Source: an uncultured delta proteobacterium
GTDB lineage: Bacteria > Desulfobacterota > Desulfobacteria > Desulfobacterales > B30-G6
DNA: 64,000 nucleotides
Assembly: GCA_963823335.1 (NCBI GenBank)
Contig: CAWGLD010000007.1
Coordinates: 192,001 to 256,000 of the forward strand
Direction of reading: 5' to 3'
In this document: positions 11,289-21,314 of the stretch, piece after piece
How positions within the stretch are numbered: the first letter of the stretch is position 1
Layout of the letters: every line of letters begins with the position of its first letter
Translations under genes and position numbers: made by a program
The notes under the pieces: generated by a model
What the model saw: only the letters and a program-made list of their open reading frames with translations
Database searches by the model: none
What the model was told of the DNA's origin: nothing

Positions 11289-11483
11289 ATCCTTTATTAA
11301 GGTTTGGAGCAGCTACTAAAGCACATATATAATTACACCATCAAAAAGATAAAGGAAGGATTAGGGTGTATATACTTGACATTACACGTTATCTTTGGCA
11401 CCTTGCTACTGGTGATGATCAGATTTTGCCTGCAAGACGTTTTATTACTTTTAAATGTTCTGGGAAACTGAGGGAGAGGGTTA

Positions 11484-11849
11484 ATGGTAGATAACTCTCG
11501 TCTGGTATACTCGACTGGCTCCGGACGGATCTGCCCTGATTGCGGAAAGACTGCACAAAAATGTTCCTGCAAAAGGAAGAAAGTCAAACTCCAGAGTAAT
11601 ATACATATTGACGGAATCATTCGTATCAGTAGAGAATCGAAAGGTCGGAAAGGTAAAACGGTGACCGCCATCTCAGGGTTTCATGAAGGTACCGATGACC
11701 TTAAACAGATTGCTAAGAACCTAAAAAGCCACTGTGGTTCCGGTGGTTCGATTAAGGACGGGATTATCATCATTCAGGGGGATCACCGGCAGACGATTCA
11801 AAGTGAATTGCAGAAACAAGGTTTTAAGGTAAAACTTGCTGGTGGGTAA
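11484..11849 (+). CDS. yciH: Translation initiation factor SUI1/YciH family protein
   Basis: SRLVYST, GRKGKTVT, CGSGGSIKDG, IQGDHR, KLAGG. Confidence 0.9.
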   Translation: MVDNSRLVYSTGSGRICPDCGKTAQKCSCKRKKVKLQSNIHIDGIIRISRESKGRKGKTVTAISGFHEGTDDLKQIAKNLKSHCGSGGSIKDGIIIIQGDHRQTIQSELQKQGFKVKLAGG

Positions 11850-11978
11850 GACTGTATGAAAAAGATACGGGATGATAACCCAAAAATATGTGGGTGCTTC
11901 CCTTCAGCTTTTCGGGCTGTCTTTGCATGGTTTATGAGCCCGTTAAAAATAGTTTAATAAAAACTGAGGTGATAAGGT

Positions 11979-12581
11979 ATGAAACGGATTCTATGCCATG
12001 GAGACAGTTTGACCGAGGGGACGGATATCGAGGTAGCATACCGCTGGCCGTCCTTGTTGCAAAATGCACTGGGTACAGAGGTGATCAATACCGGTATCGG
12101 GGGCGATACCACAGCAGGACTGCTAAGCCGATTCTCAACAGATGTGATTCCCCGCAAGCCTGATGCGGTGATCCTCATGGGGGGAACCAACGATTTCTGG
12201 TGGGACCTGCCGACCAACAATGTACTTGCCAACCTTTTTTCCATGGCCTACCAGGCCCAGTTTCATGGAATTGCGCCTCTGTTTGGATTGCCAATTCCAC
12301 TTGATGGTGATCGGGCAGCCAAACAACCGTACAGTCCACCTGAATCGGGCTATGACCAACTGCTGATTAAAATGAAGTCTCTGGGACAAAGACTAAAAGC
12401 CGCAGCAGACGAGAGTGATATCCCTGTCCTGGATTTTTACCACCTTTTCATTGATGACGGCGGTCAACTCCGCTCACATTTGTTTTTGGATGACGGAGTG
12501 CATGCCAATCGTCAAGGACATAGACTGATGGCAGAATTGGCCACATCAAAAATTGGGAACCTCTTCTTGTTAAAAACCTGA
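11979..12581 (+). CDS. SGNH/GDSL hydrolase
   Basis: GDSLT, GIGGDTT, GGTND, DGVH. Confidence 0.92.
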   Translation: MKRILCHGDSLTEGTDIEVAYRWPSLLQNALGTEVINTGIGGDTTAGLLSRFSTDVIPRKPDAVILMGGTNDFWWDLPTNNVLANLFSMAYQAQFHGIAPLFGLPIPLDGDRAAKQPYSPPESGYDQLLIKMKSLGQRLKAAADESDIPVLDFYHLFIDDGGQLRSHLFLDDGVHANRQGHRLMAELATSKIGNLFLLKT

Positions 12582-12606
12582 CCCTTGCGGATCTGGAATT
12601 GAAGCT

Positions 12607-12663
12607 ATGTTTATCTACTTAGACACAGAAACCACTGGCTCAGGATCAGAAGACAGACTTTGC
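12607..12663 (+). pseudogene. N-terminal stub of a DEDDh (DnaQ-like) 3'-5' exonuclease
   Basis: MFIYLDTETTG ExoI motif, fused directly to a group II intron remnant. Confidence 0.6.
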
Positions 12664-12816
12664 CATGCCTTCCCCTTAACGCTCACCACAATGGCTCTTT
12701 ACCGATGCAGCTTAAGGTGGTTTGAAGCCTGCTCCTGTAAGCCGACTCCGAGGGGCCTGCCCTCATCTTCTGTGCAGTTACGCACACTTTATATTAAAAG
12801 TGCGCTCGTGGCGCAC
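12660..12816 (-). mobile_element. Group II intron 5' remnant (part of domain I)
   Basis: Minus strand begins GTGCGCCACGAG, the same 5' end as the intact intron at 42918; no RT or domain V seen. Confidence 0.65.
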
Positions 12817-12825
12817 TTGGAAGCA

Positions 12826-13500
12826 TCAAAGGTTTTGATTGGCATCTGGAAATTTCACATTTTTTAATTTTGTGTTATTGAGTTTAACATTACTCATGTG
12901 AGCATTAGCGAAATTGGTATTGAAAATTTGAGCGTTGTGGAAATTGATCTCTCGCAGTGTTGCATTGCTAAAGTCAGCCAATTGGATGGTGCTATCTGTT
13001 AAGTTGATATGTTCGAGTACCGCGGACTCCCATGTTGAGTATCTGAGGTTGGTACCCGCAAGATTAGTATTTTGGAGTACAGCTTTCGATAAATATGCAT
13101 TATGAAAGAAGGTCCCGCTAAAATCGACATCTGCTACGGTAGCATTGGAAACCTCTGCAAATTGGAGATTGGCTCTGGTAGCATCGCAGCCCTCCAAGAC
13201 AGCCCCTGTCAGGATACTCCATTGAAGATGGGCCTGACTTAGTCGGCATCCCCGAATTATAGCCCCTTGGAAATTAGATGTCCTTAAATTGGCTCCAGAA
13301 AAATTGACATCCTGAATAACCGCTCTTGTCAGGATGACACCAAACAACTCACGACCAGATAGGTCTATTCCTTTCAATTCAGCCTTTTTCCCAAGCTTGC
13401 CCTTTGATTCCAGCCATTGTCGATGATGCATCAGCACCAAATCTAAATCATGAAAGGATATTTTTTTGCGAGGCGTGTTCTGCATATAACTATTTATCAT
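12826..13500 (-). CDS. Pentapeptide repeat protein
   Basis: Tandem A(N/D)LxX repeats; HRQWLES N-terminus. Confidence 0.9.
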   Translation of the reverse strand: MINSYMQNTPRKKISFHDLDLVLMHHRQWLESKGKLGKKAELKGIDLSGRELFGVILTRAVIQDVNFSGANLRTSNFQGAIIRGCRLSQAHLQWSILTGAVLEGCDATRANLQFAEVSNATVADVDFSGTFFHNAYLSKAVLQNTNLAGTNLRYSTWESAVLEHINLTDSTIQLADFSNATLREINFHNAQIFNTNFANAHMSNVKLNNTKLKNVKFPDANQNL

Positions 13501-13521
13501 ATTTTGTTCGAATTTCTGTTT

Positions 13522-13848
13522 TTAGGGATGTTGGGCCTTCTTAACTGCAGCCGAAAGTACTTCCCTATCTGGAATATTGTCAAAAGCGATACACTCGTTG
13601 ATTACAATTGATGGCACGGCAGGCATTCGGTTACAAATTGCCCTAAGTTCAGCGTGTCGCATCACACCCTCTTTGGACCCGACATCGACCACCGTCCATT
13701 GAAGGGCTCCCTTCTCAAATTCGGGGGCAATTTCCTCCAGTATTGCAAGTGCCAAATCACACAACATGCACCCTTTCTTTTTGGCAATAATTTCGACCAT
13801 TACGTTTTGCGAATCCATGTGCCTATATTCCTTTTCGAGCATCTTCAA
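13522..13848 (-). CDS. Thioredoxin/glutaredoxin-like protein
   Basis: CMLC motif, VPSIVIN cis-Pro motif. Confidence 0.8.
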   Translation of the reverse strand: MKMLEKEYRHMDSQNVMVEIIAKKKGCMLCDLALAILEEIAPEFEKGALQWTVVDVGSKEGVMRHAELRAICNRMPAVPSIVINECIAFDNIPDREVLSAAVKKAQHP

Positions 13849-13911
13849 TTTTAATCTTATATGTTTTTGTCTTAATCCCGAAGTGATATTGCTGTGGTGA
13901 TTGAATGGAGG

Positions 13912-14060
13912 GTATCGTGCCCTCCATACTCTTGAAAAAATTGTCAGAAATCTACTAATCCAGCAAGAAGAAATATTGTGATACCATCATTTCATTGAGA
14001 GCCTGCTGATTTGTGATACCATGTCTTTCTAATGTTCGTCGAAATGTAATATTCTCTTAT
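13912..14060 (-). promoter_or_regulatory. ~150-bp regulatory region duplicated at 53510-53658
   Basis: Near-identical sequence containing two TTGTGATACCAT boxes; upstream of a minus-strand gene in both places. Confidence 0.75.
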
Positions 14061-14366
14061 GCCAGGTTTGCATGAGGCTGTGATCTGTGGTTGATATCTC
14101 AGGCCTCTGAAGCCAGCAGCGATCAGCACTAAATGCTGCCAATAATTGAATCATAAGCGGCCTCCTTCAACGATCAAGTGATCCGTTGAAATCTGTAAAA
14201 TAGATTGACCGCTTCTGTGTATCAACATATACAGTCTCATTTACGGATTGAAGGCTGCCCGCAGCATGCGAAGCACGGCCGCACGGCAGAACCTGCGGGT
14301 AATGCGCCCACTATTACCGGTTCAAGTCACGCCACATGAACCGGGTATTCTAAAAATAGATTAATC

Positions 14367-15821
14367 ATGACCAACCTACAACATACTGAGAAAAAAGACA
14401 ATTCAAAGATAGAAGATATGCCTGCATTAAAGGCGTCGATAAAAGACGGGGTATCCCACGCAGTGATGATGGGCAGCGGAGAGACCTATCTGGGCCCATT
14501 CGGAATTTTTCTGCACGCCAGCACATTGCAAGTTGGCTTGCTGGCCAGTTTACCGCAACTGTTCGGAGCCGTTATGCAATGGGCAGGAGCTATCAATATG
14601 GACCGCATTCGCAGCCGGCGACAGGTGGTCATTGTCGGCGCCGCAATCCAGGCCTTGACTCTCATTCCCATGGCACTGATCCCATTTTTTTTCGGAAAAG
14701 GATCCTCGCCGGTCCTTTATCTATTGGCATTAATCATGGTCTATCAGGCGGCCAATGGAGCTGTTTTGCCGGTTTGGAACAGTCTGATTGGCGACCTTGT
14801 GCCAACGGATATCCGGGGGCGGTATTTCGGCCAGCGCAACCGTTTGATCGGGATGAGCACCTTTATCGCTCTTTTGATTGCCGGTGTCATCTTGCATATC
14901 TTCGCAAAGGCGGGCATTCCAGAATGGGGGTTTTTGGTGATTTTCTCAATGGCCTTTCTGGCACGACTGAATTCCGTGCGCTGGCTTGCAAAGTATTCCG
15001 ATCCTGAATTCAAGATCATGCCGGACCAAGTTTTCACTTTCCGCCAATTCCTTAGACGATCACCCCGCTCCAATTTTGCCAAATTCGTCTTCTTTATCGG
15101 GGCCATCAATCTCTGTGTGGCATTTTCCGCGCCCTATTTCGCCCTTTACATGCTTAGGGACCTCAAATTCACCTATATTGAATTCACAGTGGTCACAGGG
15201 ATCGTCACCATCACCCAATTTCTCGCCTTTCGCTACTGGGGAGGAATAAGCGATCGATTTGGGAACAAAATGATCCTCAATGTTTGCGGCTGGGGAGTGG
15301 CTGTGGTCCCTGCGCTTTGGGTAGTTTCCCACCACATCCTGTATTTGGTCATCATCCAGATCTACAGCGGATTGGTTTGGTCCGGATTCAGCCTGGCTTC
15401 TGCGAATTTCCTCTTCGATGCGGTCACTCCGCCCAAAAGAGCGCGTTGCGTTGCCTATCAAGGCCTGGTGAACGGAATCTTTGTCATTACCGGATCATTG
15501 GCAGGCGGACTTGTTGCCGGTCATCTGCCTCGCAGTCTCTCTTTAGGTCCTTGGACCTGGAGCCCGACATTCATGCTTCCCGTCATTTTTCTCATTTCCG
15601 GGATCATGCGGATGATCGCAGCAGGGGTCTTTCTGCGAAAATTCAAAGAGGTCCGGCCGGTTGAGCCCATCCGCCATCGGGATTTCATTTTCCGCATCAG
15701 CCACATCCGGCCCATCGCCGGGGCCACCTTTAGTCTGATGACAGGCCCGTTTCGGGAGCACCGGGAGACCCATAAGGTGAATCAAGGTAACAAGGCAAAA
15801 AAGGAACGCGATCGGCAATGA
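14367..15821 (+). CDS. MFS transporter
   Basis: About 12 hydrophobic segments; WGGISDRFGNK motif; RGRYFG. Confidence 0.9.
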   Translation: MTNLQHTEKKDNSKIEDMPALKASIKDGVSHAVMMGSGETYLGPFGIFLHASTLQVGLLASLPQLFGAVMQWAGAINMDRIRSRRQVVIVGAAIQALTLIPMALIPFFFGKGSSPVLYLLALIMVYQAANGAVLPVWNSLIGDLVPTDIRGRYFGQRNRLIGMSTFIALLIAGVILHIFAKAGIPEWGFLVIFSMAFLARLNSVRWLAKYSDPEFKIMPDQVFTFRQFLRRSPRSNFAKFVFFIGAINLCVAFSAPYFALYMLRDLKFTYIEFTVVTGIVTITQFLAFRYWGGISDRFGNKMILNVCGWGVAVVPALWVVSHHILYLVIIQIYSGLVWSGFSLASANFLFDAVTPPKRARCVAYQGLVNGIFVITGSLAGGLVAGHLPRSLSLGPWTWSPTFMLPVIFLISGIMRMIAAGVFLRKFKEVRPVEPIRHRDFIFRISHIRPIAGATFSLMTGPFREHRETHKVNQGNKAKKERDRQ

Positions 15822-16544
15822 CAAGCAAAAACTCACAAGTTTTTGTAAAAACTCGAATATTCCCTATATCATCTTGTTGAAACATACTGGTATCCATACG
15901 ATTCGAATCCAACCTCGTCAAGTACCCCACCGGATTGATCAAATCTGGTTAAGTCGACTTCAACATCGAATCCCAAATACATTTGAGTCAATAAGATGAT
16001 AACAATCAGGCAGTTGCATTTCTATCAGCTTAATATTCACACGATTACCCTAAAACGTGTGTTCACGATTGTATACCGCACGCAAAATTTTCATTAGTAA
16101 ATCTGTGATCACTGGTACTCTCCAACAAAGCGGTAGATCTCAGGCCCCTAAAATATTACCGGTGTGCGAAAATAGTCACAACGGGCTAAATCTTTTGTTC
16201 ATAGGTCATTCCTGTGCCCGATTGACATAACCAGATGGTATCGGTAATTTTACCTTAAAAACTGATACTTGGTCTTATCTCCATGTATCTATACTTTGTT
16301 GATATTTTAGTTTAGTTTCAGCAAGTGGAAATATATGGCACCCCTATTGATCATCTTTTCAATTTGTACACAATATATGTAATTATTTTCCCATTTATTA
16401 TTTACCCCACCTGTAATCTTACATAACTATAAGTAATCAATCATAATATATATATTTTGGGGCCGGTATGGCTCTTGCATAGCATTAAGAGTGCTACCAA
16501 TAATTCTTTAAAAATACTGTAATTTCCGAAACTGTTGCATAGTA

Positions 16545-17219
16545 ATGGAGGTATTAGGCGATATGGAAACCGTTTATGACTTTGATAATTTAAGAAGAAG
16601 AAATGAGAGAAAAGAGTATCATGAACACCCATTTGATGATTACTATGAGTATCTTCAGATAAGCCCCAACGCAGATTTGGAGACCATCGAAAGAGTCTAT
16701 CGTTTGTTGGCAAAAAAATATCATACCGACAACAAAGCTACAGGAAATCTTGATAAATTTGAGCTTTTAACAAGAGCTTATAAAACCGTATCGAACCCAG
16801 AAAAGCGTGCGGCCTATGACGCGAATTATGAAGAGGTTAAAAATAATCAATGGAAGGCAATCGCCAAAGCATCCTCCTCTGAAGGATTTGGGACGGACGC
16901 GCAAATTCGTCGTACAATCTTATCAATACTTTATATAAGCCGCCGGGAGAATCCGTCAAAATCTGGAGTAGGTAATTGGCAATTGGAAAAATTGATGGAA
17001 TATCCGGAAAAAACATTAGAATTTCACATTTGGTACCTGAAAGAAAAGCGTTGGATTGAGCGTTCAGAAACTGGCGGATTTGAAATTACAGCTAACGGAG
17101 TTGATGAAATTGAAAAAGACGGGTTAATTTTGGGAAAAGATCGTTTGCTGACTGAATCATCTGAATCATCTGAAAATTATGAAAGTATTAAATTAATAGA
17201 AGGCGACAGTTCATCTTAA
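16545..17219 (+). CDS. DnaJ-domain protein (cassette gene)
   Basis: DYYEYLQISPNA...YRLLAKKYHTD (HPD altered to HTD)...KRAAYD. Confidence 0.85.
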   Translation: MEVLGDMETVYDFDNLRRRNERKEYHEHPFDDYYEYLQISPNADLETIERVYRLLAKKYHTDNKATGNLDKFELLTRAYKTVSNPEKRAAYDANYEEVKNNQWKAIAKASSSEGFGTDAQIRRTILSILYISRRENPSKSGVGNWQLEKLMEYPEKTLEFHIWYLKEKRWIERSETGGFEITANGVDEIEKDGLILGKDRLLTESSESSENYESIKLIEGDSSS

Positions 17220-17597
17220 GAGTTCAAAATCTTGTGATTTCTCCTACGAAAACAAAGATATCAACCCCCTGATATTGTACCGGTGTGCGAAAATAATCAC
17301 AACAGACCAAATCTTGCATTCATAAGCCCCTCCGTGGTACCTTGGCGATGACCAAATGGTATCGGTAATAATTTCAGAAGGACTGATAACTGGACTTATC
17401 TCCATAAATCAAAGGTAAATGCCAGTATTCCCCTTTGAAAAATTTTTGAAACTTGAAATATTCTTATTACATCAGCGAATCAAGGTATTTTGAAGCTCTG
17501 AATAACTTGTAATATCCAATTTTTTAAAGCTGCTGCTATGTGCTTTTTGATTGTAATGGTCAGTTTCTCGAATTTAAATCAAAAAAAGGAGGACCAA

Positions 17598-18065
17598 ATG
17601 ATGAATAGTTTTATAAAAGCAATGATTTTAATTGGCATCACTGTATTCGGATCTATACTGTTTTTGCAGCAACCAGCACATGCTCACTGTCAAATTCCAT
17701 GTGGAATCTATGATGACCACGCGAGAGTTCAATCGATGCTTGAAGATACCGCTACCGTAGAAAAGTCAGTTAATTTGATTATTGAGTTGGCAGATAAGTC
17801 CGATGCACAATCCCAAAACCAATTGGTTCGTTGGGTGATGAATAAGGAAAAACATGCCCAGCAAATTATCTCTACCATCAGTGACTACTTTTTAACGCAA
17901 CGAGTCAAACCGAGCCAAAAAGACTATTCTGAACGTTTATTAAAGCACCATGCGGTAATTATTGCAGCAATGGAGGCCAAACAAAATGTTGATATGAAAT
18001 ACGTGAAGAACCTAAAGGATAGTGTTGAGGCTCTTTTATCTTACTATCCAGAGCACAAGCAATAA
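17598..18065 (+). CDS. sodN: Nickel superoxide dismutase precursor (cassette gene)
   Basis: Signal peptide ending AHA then Ni-hook HCQIPCGIYD; RWVMNKEKHA; RBS AGGAGG before ATG 17598. Confidence 0.9.
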   Translation: MMNSFIKAMILIGITVFGSILFLQQPAHAHCQIPCGIYDDHARVQSMLEDTATVEKSVNLIIELADKSDAQSQNQLVRWVMNKEKHAQQIISTISDYFLTQRVKPSQKDYSERLLKHHAVIIAAMEAKQNVDMKYVKNLKDSVEALLSYYPEHKQ

Positions 18066-18319
18066 AAAACTCATAGAACATGGCGGCTTAACTCGGACAG
18101 CATAAAGATATCAGGCACCTGAAATTTTACCGGTGTGCGAAAATAATCACAACCGCCCATTTCTTGCATTGATAGGAGCTCCTGTGGTACCTTGGCGATG
18201 ACCATATGGTATCGGTAAAATTTGCATTGGGCTTGATAACTGGACTTCTCTCCATGTATCTGTAATGCGATAATATCCCGATACGGAAGGAATGATGGGT
18301 ATGGTAGATAGGATTTATT

Positions 18320-18583
18320 ATGGGTAGAGATAAAAATAAATTCAAGTATTTTGAAAATAAGGAATGTGAGTTTTACCCTTGTCACATTGAAGGTCAGAAT
18401 TGTTTGTTTTGTTACTGTCCTCTTTACTGGATACCAATTGATTGCGAAGGTAAATATAGAGTGTTAAGAGATGGCATAATAGATTGTTCTAATTGTACTA
18501 AACCACATGATTCTGATGGCTGGGATTTCGTTCAGAATAAGCTCAGAGAAGCTTTTAAATGGATAGCTGATAACAGGGAATAA
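18320..18583 (+). CDS. Cysteine-rich small domain protein (cassette gene)
   Basis: CEFYPCH...CLFCYCPLY...DCSNCTKPH. Confidence 0.85.
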   Translation: MGRDKNKFKYFENKECEFYPCHIEGQNCLFCYCPLYWIPIDCEGKYRVLRDGIIDCSNCTKPHDSDGWDFVQNKLREAFKWIADNRE

Positions 18584-18887
18584 CTAATAAGGCTTCAAAA
18601 TCATAGGTTGTGATATAGTTCTTTCGGTAAACTTGAAAACCTCCCTGCTGAAACGGGGTGTCTTCCTGGCATTATGGTGAGGTGCTAATTTTAAATGAAT
18701 TAGAAAGATATCTGCAATTGTGCTAATATGGTAATGTTCTCCTCAAAGGTTTGGGTCCTACGGGGATAATAGTAAAAATTTCAAATTCAGAAGCTCAGGA
18801 AAGATTGTTTTCTTGTATTTAACATAATATTTGATAGATGAAAATTTTTCCGTCTAATACTAAATAATTATTTCTGCACCAATAGAG

Positions 18888-19751
18888 GTGGACATCATGA
18901 AACCAAATGAAATACCAGCCGATGTGACTATCATAGATATACTTTCTGATAGTTCATACGCACTTGAACATATCAAAGGTGCCAAGAATTTCAGTGTCTA
19001 TGAAACCGCATTCTTGGATAAGATTCAGGAAGCTTTCACGCCTGATGACAAACTCTTGGTGTACGGGCTTAACAACAAGACCGAAGAAGCCCAAAGAGCA
19101 CAAGACTTGCTCACCCAAGCTGGCTATGAAGCAGACATCCTCGATGGTGGGTTGGTAGCCTGGAAAGAAGCAGGATTGCCGGTTGAAGCTATCGACAGAC
19201 TTACTACACCTATGGTCGGAGAGTACAAGGTCGTACCTGAGACCAGTCGTGTCGAATGGACTGGTCGGAATATCGGTAATAAGCATACCGGTAACATCAA
19301 GGTAAAATCCGGTTATCTTAAATTCGAGGACGGCGTTCCAAAAGAAGGCTCAGTCGTGGTCGATATGGACACCATCAATAACGTCGATCTTGATCCCGAA
19401 TTCAAGCCGATGCTCGAAGCTCATCTGAAGAGCCATGATTTTTTTGCGGTAGAAAAGTATCCGACCGCACAAATTGACGTGACCGGTGTTGAGGAGATTT
19501 TAGGACTGATCAGCGCACCGAACTATCGAGTGACCGCTAACCTGACCATCAAGGACATAGCAAATAAGGTCTCTTTCCTTGCATTTGTGCATGAGAAAGA
19601 AGGTCAGGCTGCCATGAATGCCCACTTTGATATCGATCGGAGTCTGTGGGATATCAAGTATGGTTCAGAGAGATTCTTCTCACGTCTTGGCATCCACCTG
19701 ATCGATGATACCATCTCCTTGGATGTCATCCTTTTCGGTGAGAAGGATTAA
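18888..19751 (+). CDS. Rhodanese-like + YceI fusion protein (cassette gene)
   Basis: HIKGAKN, LDGGLVAW; YceI motifs HLKSHDFF, IDRSLWDIKYGS. Confidence 0.88.
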   Translation: MDIMKPNEIPADVTIIDILSDSSYALEHIKGAKNFSVYETAFLDKIQEAFTPDDKLLVYGLNNKTEEAQRAQDLLTQAGYEADILDGGLVAWKEAGLPVEAIDRLTTPMVGEYKVVPETSRVEWTGRNIGNKHTGNIKVKSGYLKFEDGVPKEGSVVVDMDTINNVDLDPEFKPMLEAHLKSHDFFAVEKYPTAQIDVTGVEEILGLISAPNYRVTANLTIKDIANKVSFLAFVHEKEGQAAMNAHFDIDRSLWDIKYGSERFFSRLGIHLIDDTISLDVILFGEKD

Positions 19752-20117
19752 AGCTTTTATTACTCCAACGAAAGTGCAGTTATCAGACCCCTAAAATATT
19801 ACCGGTGTGTGAAAATAATCACAGCCGGTCAAATCTTGCATGGATAGGGTCTCCCGTGGTACCTTGGGGATGACCAAACGGTATCGGTAATATTGCCGTT
19901 GATCTTGATAACTGGACTTCTCTCCATGTATCTGCAATTTAATATTTCTTTGATACATACAAGAAATTATTTCGCAAAAGATATAATTTGAAACCCTTCA
20001 TAAGAGTCCCCTATTTTTATGCTTGTAATTCATTTGCAACGAATCAATAATTAACCTTGTACGAAAGACGGATTGCCGAAGAAAATTGGTATTCTGCCAT
20101 ATGGCCGAAAAAAAATT

Positions 20118-21314
20118 ATGAAAGAACGAAGATACGACATTGATTGGGTAAGGGTGATAGCAACATTGGCTGTCTTTATCTTTCACAGCGGCCGTTTCTT
20201 CGATAAGTTGGACTGGCACCTAAAAAATGCTCAGCAGAGCTTCTTTCTAACCATGTTCGTTGGTTTTCTGGATCTGTGGATAATGCCTCTTCTGTTCCTG
20301 CTTTCTGGTCTGGGAACCTGGTACTCGCTGAAATTCAGGGGCAGCGGGCAATATCTCTTTGAGAGGGTCAAGCGGCTCCTAATCCCTCTGTACACGGTGG
20401 GCGCCTTTATCCTATTGCCACCCCAGTTCTACTTTGAGCTTATTACCCATGGAAGAGATGTTCTCTCCATCTGGGAAGTGATTCCGCCACTCTATGGGGG
20501 GCCCCTTAGATTTTCCCTTGATGCGCCCTATCTCATCAATCTCTGGAGCGGTCATTTGTGGTTTCTTCAGTTTCTCTTTATCGTGTCTCTCTTGATACTG
20601 CCGCTGCTTCTATATCTCAAATCTGATCCAGGTCGGCACCTTATCGCATGGTTGGCGGATTGGAGCGATCGTCGGGGTGGTATATTCCTGTTCCTGGTTC
20701 CACTGGTCCTCGTGCGGGTCGGTCTGAGAGGCTTTTTTCATGGAGCGCATACTTGGGCCGATCTTTTCTATTATGCGGTCTTTTTTGTCATAGGCTATGT
20801 TATCGCAGCCGACAGACGTTATACAGAAGGCTATAAGAGACTTGGGTGGGTATTCCTGGTTCTGGGTATCGCTGCCTATGCGGGTGAAGGTGCTCTCATT
20901 ATTGGATTTCACTACCCTTATCCGGGCGCCGAGTCCTTCTCGTGGACATACGTGCTCTTTAACATCGTGATCAGCATCGGCAACTTTTGTTGGGTCATGT
21001 TCATTCTGAGCCTGACTGCCAAATACATGAATTTCAACCACAAGGTGCTGACTTACGGTAACGAGGCGGTGCTACCCTTTTACATCTTTCATCAAACGAT
21101 AATCCTTTGCGTCGGCTGGTTCGTCATACGCTGGAACATCGGCATAGGGCCGAAGTATGTTATCATCGCCTTGGTTTCATTTGCCCTGATCATGTTCCTG
21201 TACGACTTGCTCGTCAGACGTTTCAATGTGATGCGGCTTTTCTTCGGCATGAGACCAAAGAAGAAGCCTTCAAAAACACCCGACCCGCAACTCTCGACAA
21301 GGACTTCCACCTGA
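20118..21314 (+). CDS. Acyltransferase-3 (OpgC-like) membrane protein (cassette gene)
   Basis: RRYDIDWVR, MPLLFLLSG, HLWFL, PFYIFHQ. Confidence 0.9.
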   Translation: MKERRYDIDWVRVIATLAVFIFHSGRFFDKLDWHLKNAQQSFFLTMFVGFLDLWIMPLLFLLSGLGTWYSLKFRGSGQYLFERVKRLLIPLYTVGAFILLPPQFYFELITHGRDVLSIWEVIPPLYGGPLRFSLDAPYLINLWSGHLWFLQFLFIVSLLILPLLLYLKSDPGRHLIAWLADWSDRRGGIFLFLVPLVLVRVGLRGFFHGAHTWADLFYYAVFFVIGYVIAADRRYTEGYKRLGWVFLVLGIAAYAGEGALIIGFHYPYPGAESFSWTYVLFNIVISIGNFCWVMFILSLTAKYMNFNHKVLTYGNEAVLPFYIFHQTIILCVGWFVIRWNIGIGPKYVIIALVSFALIMFLYDLLVRRFNVMRLFFGMRPKKKPSKTPDPQLSTRTST

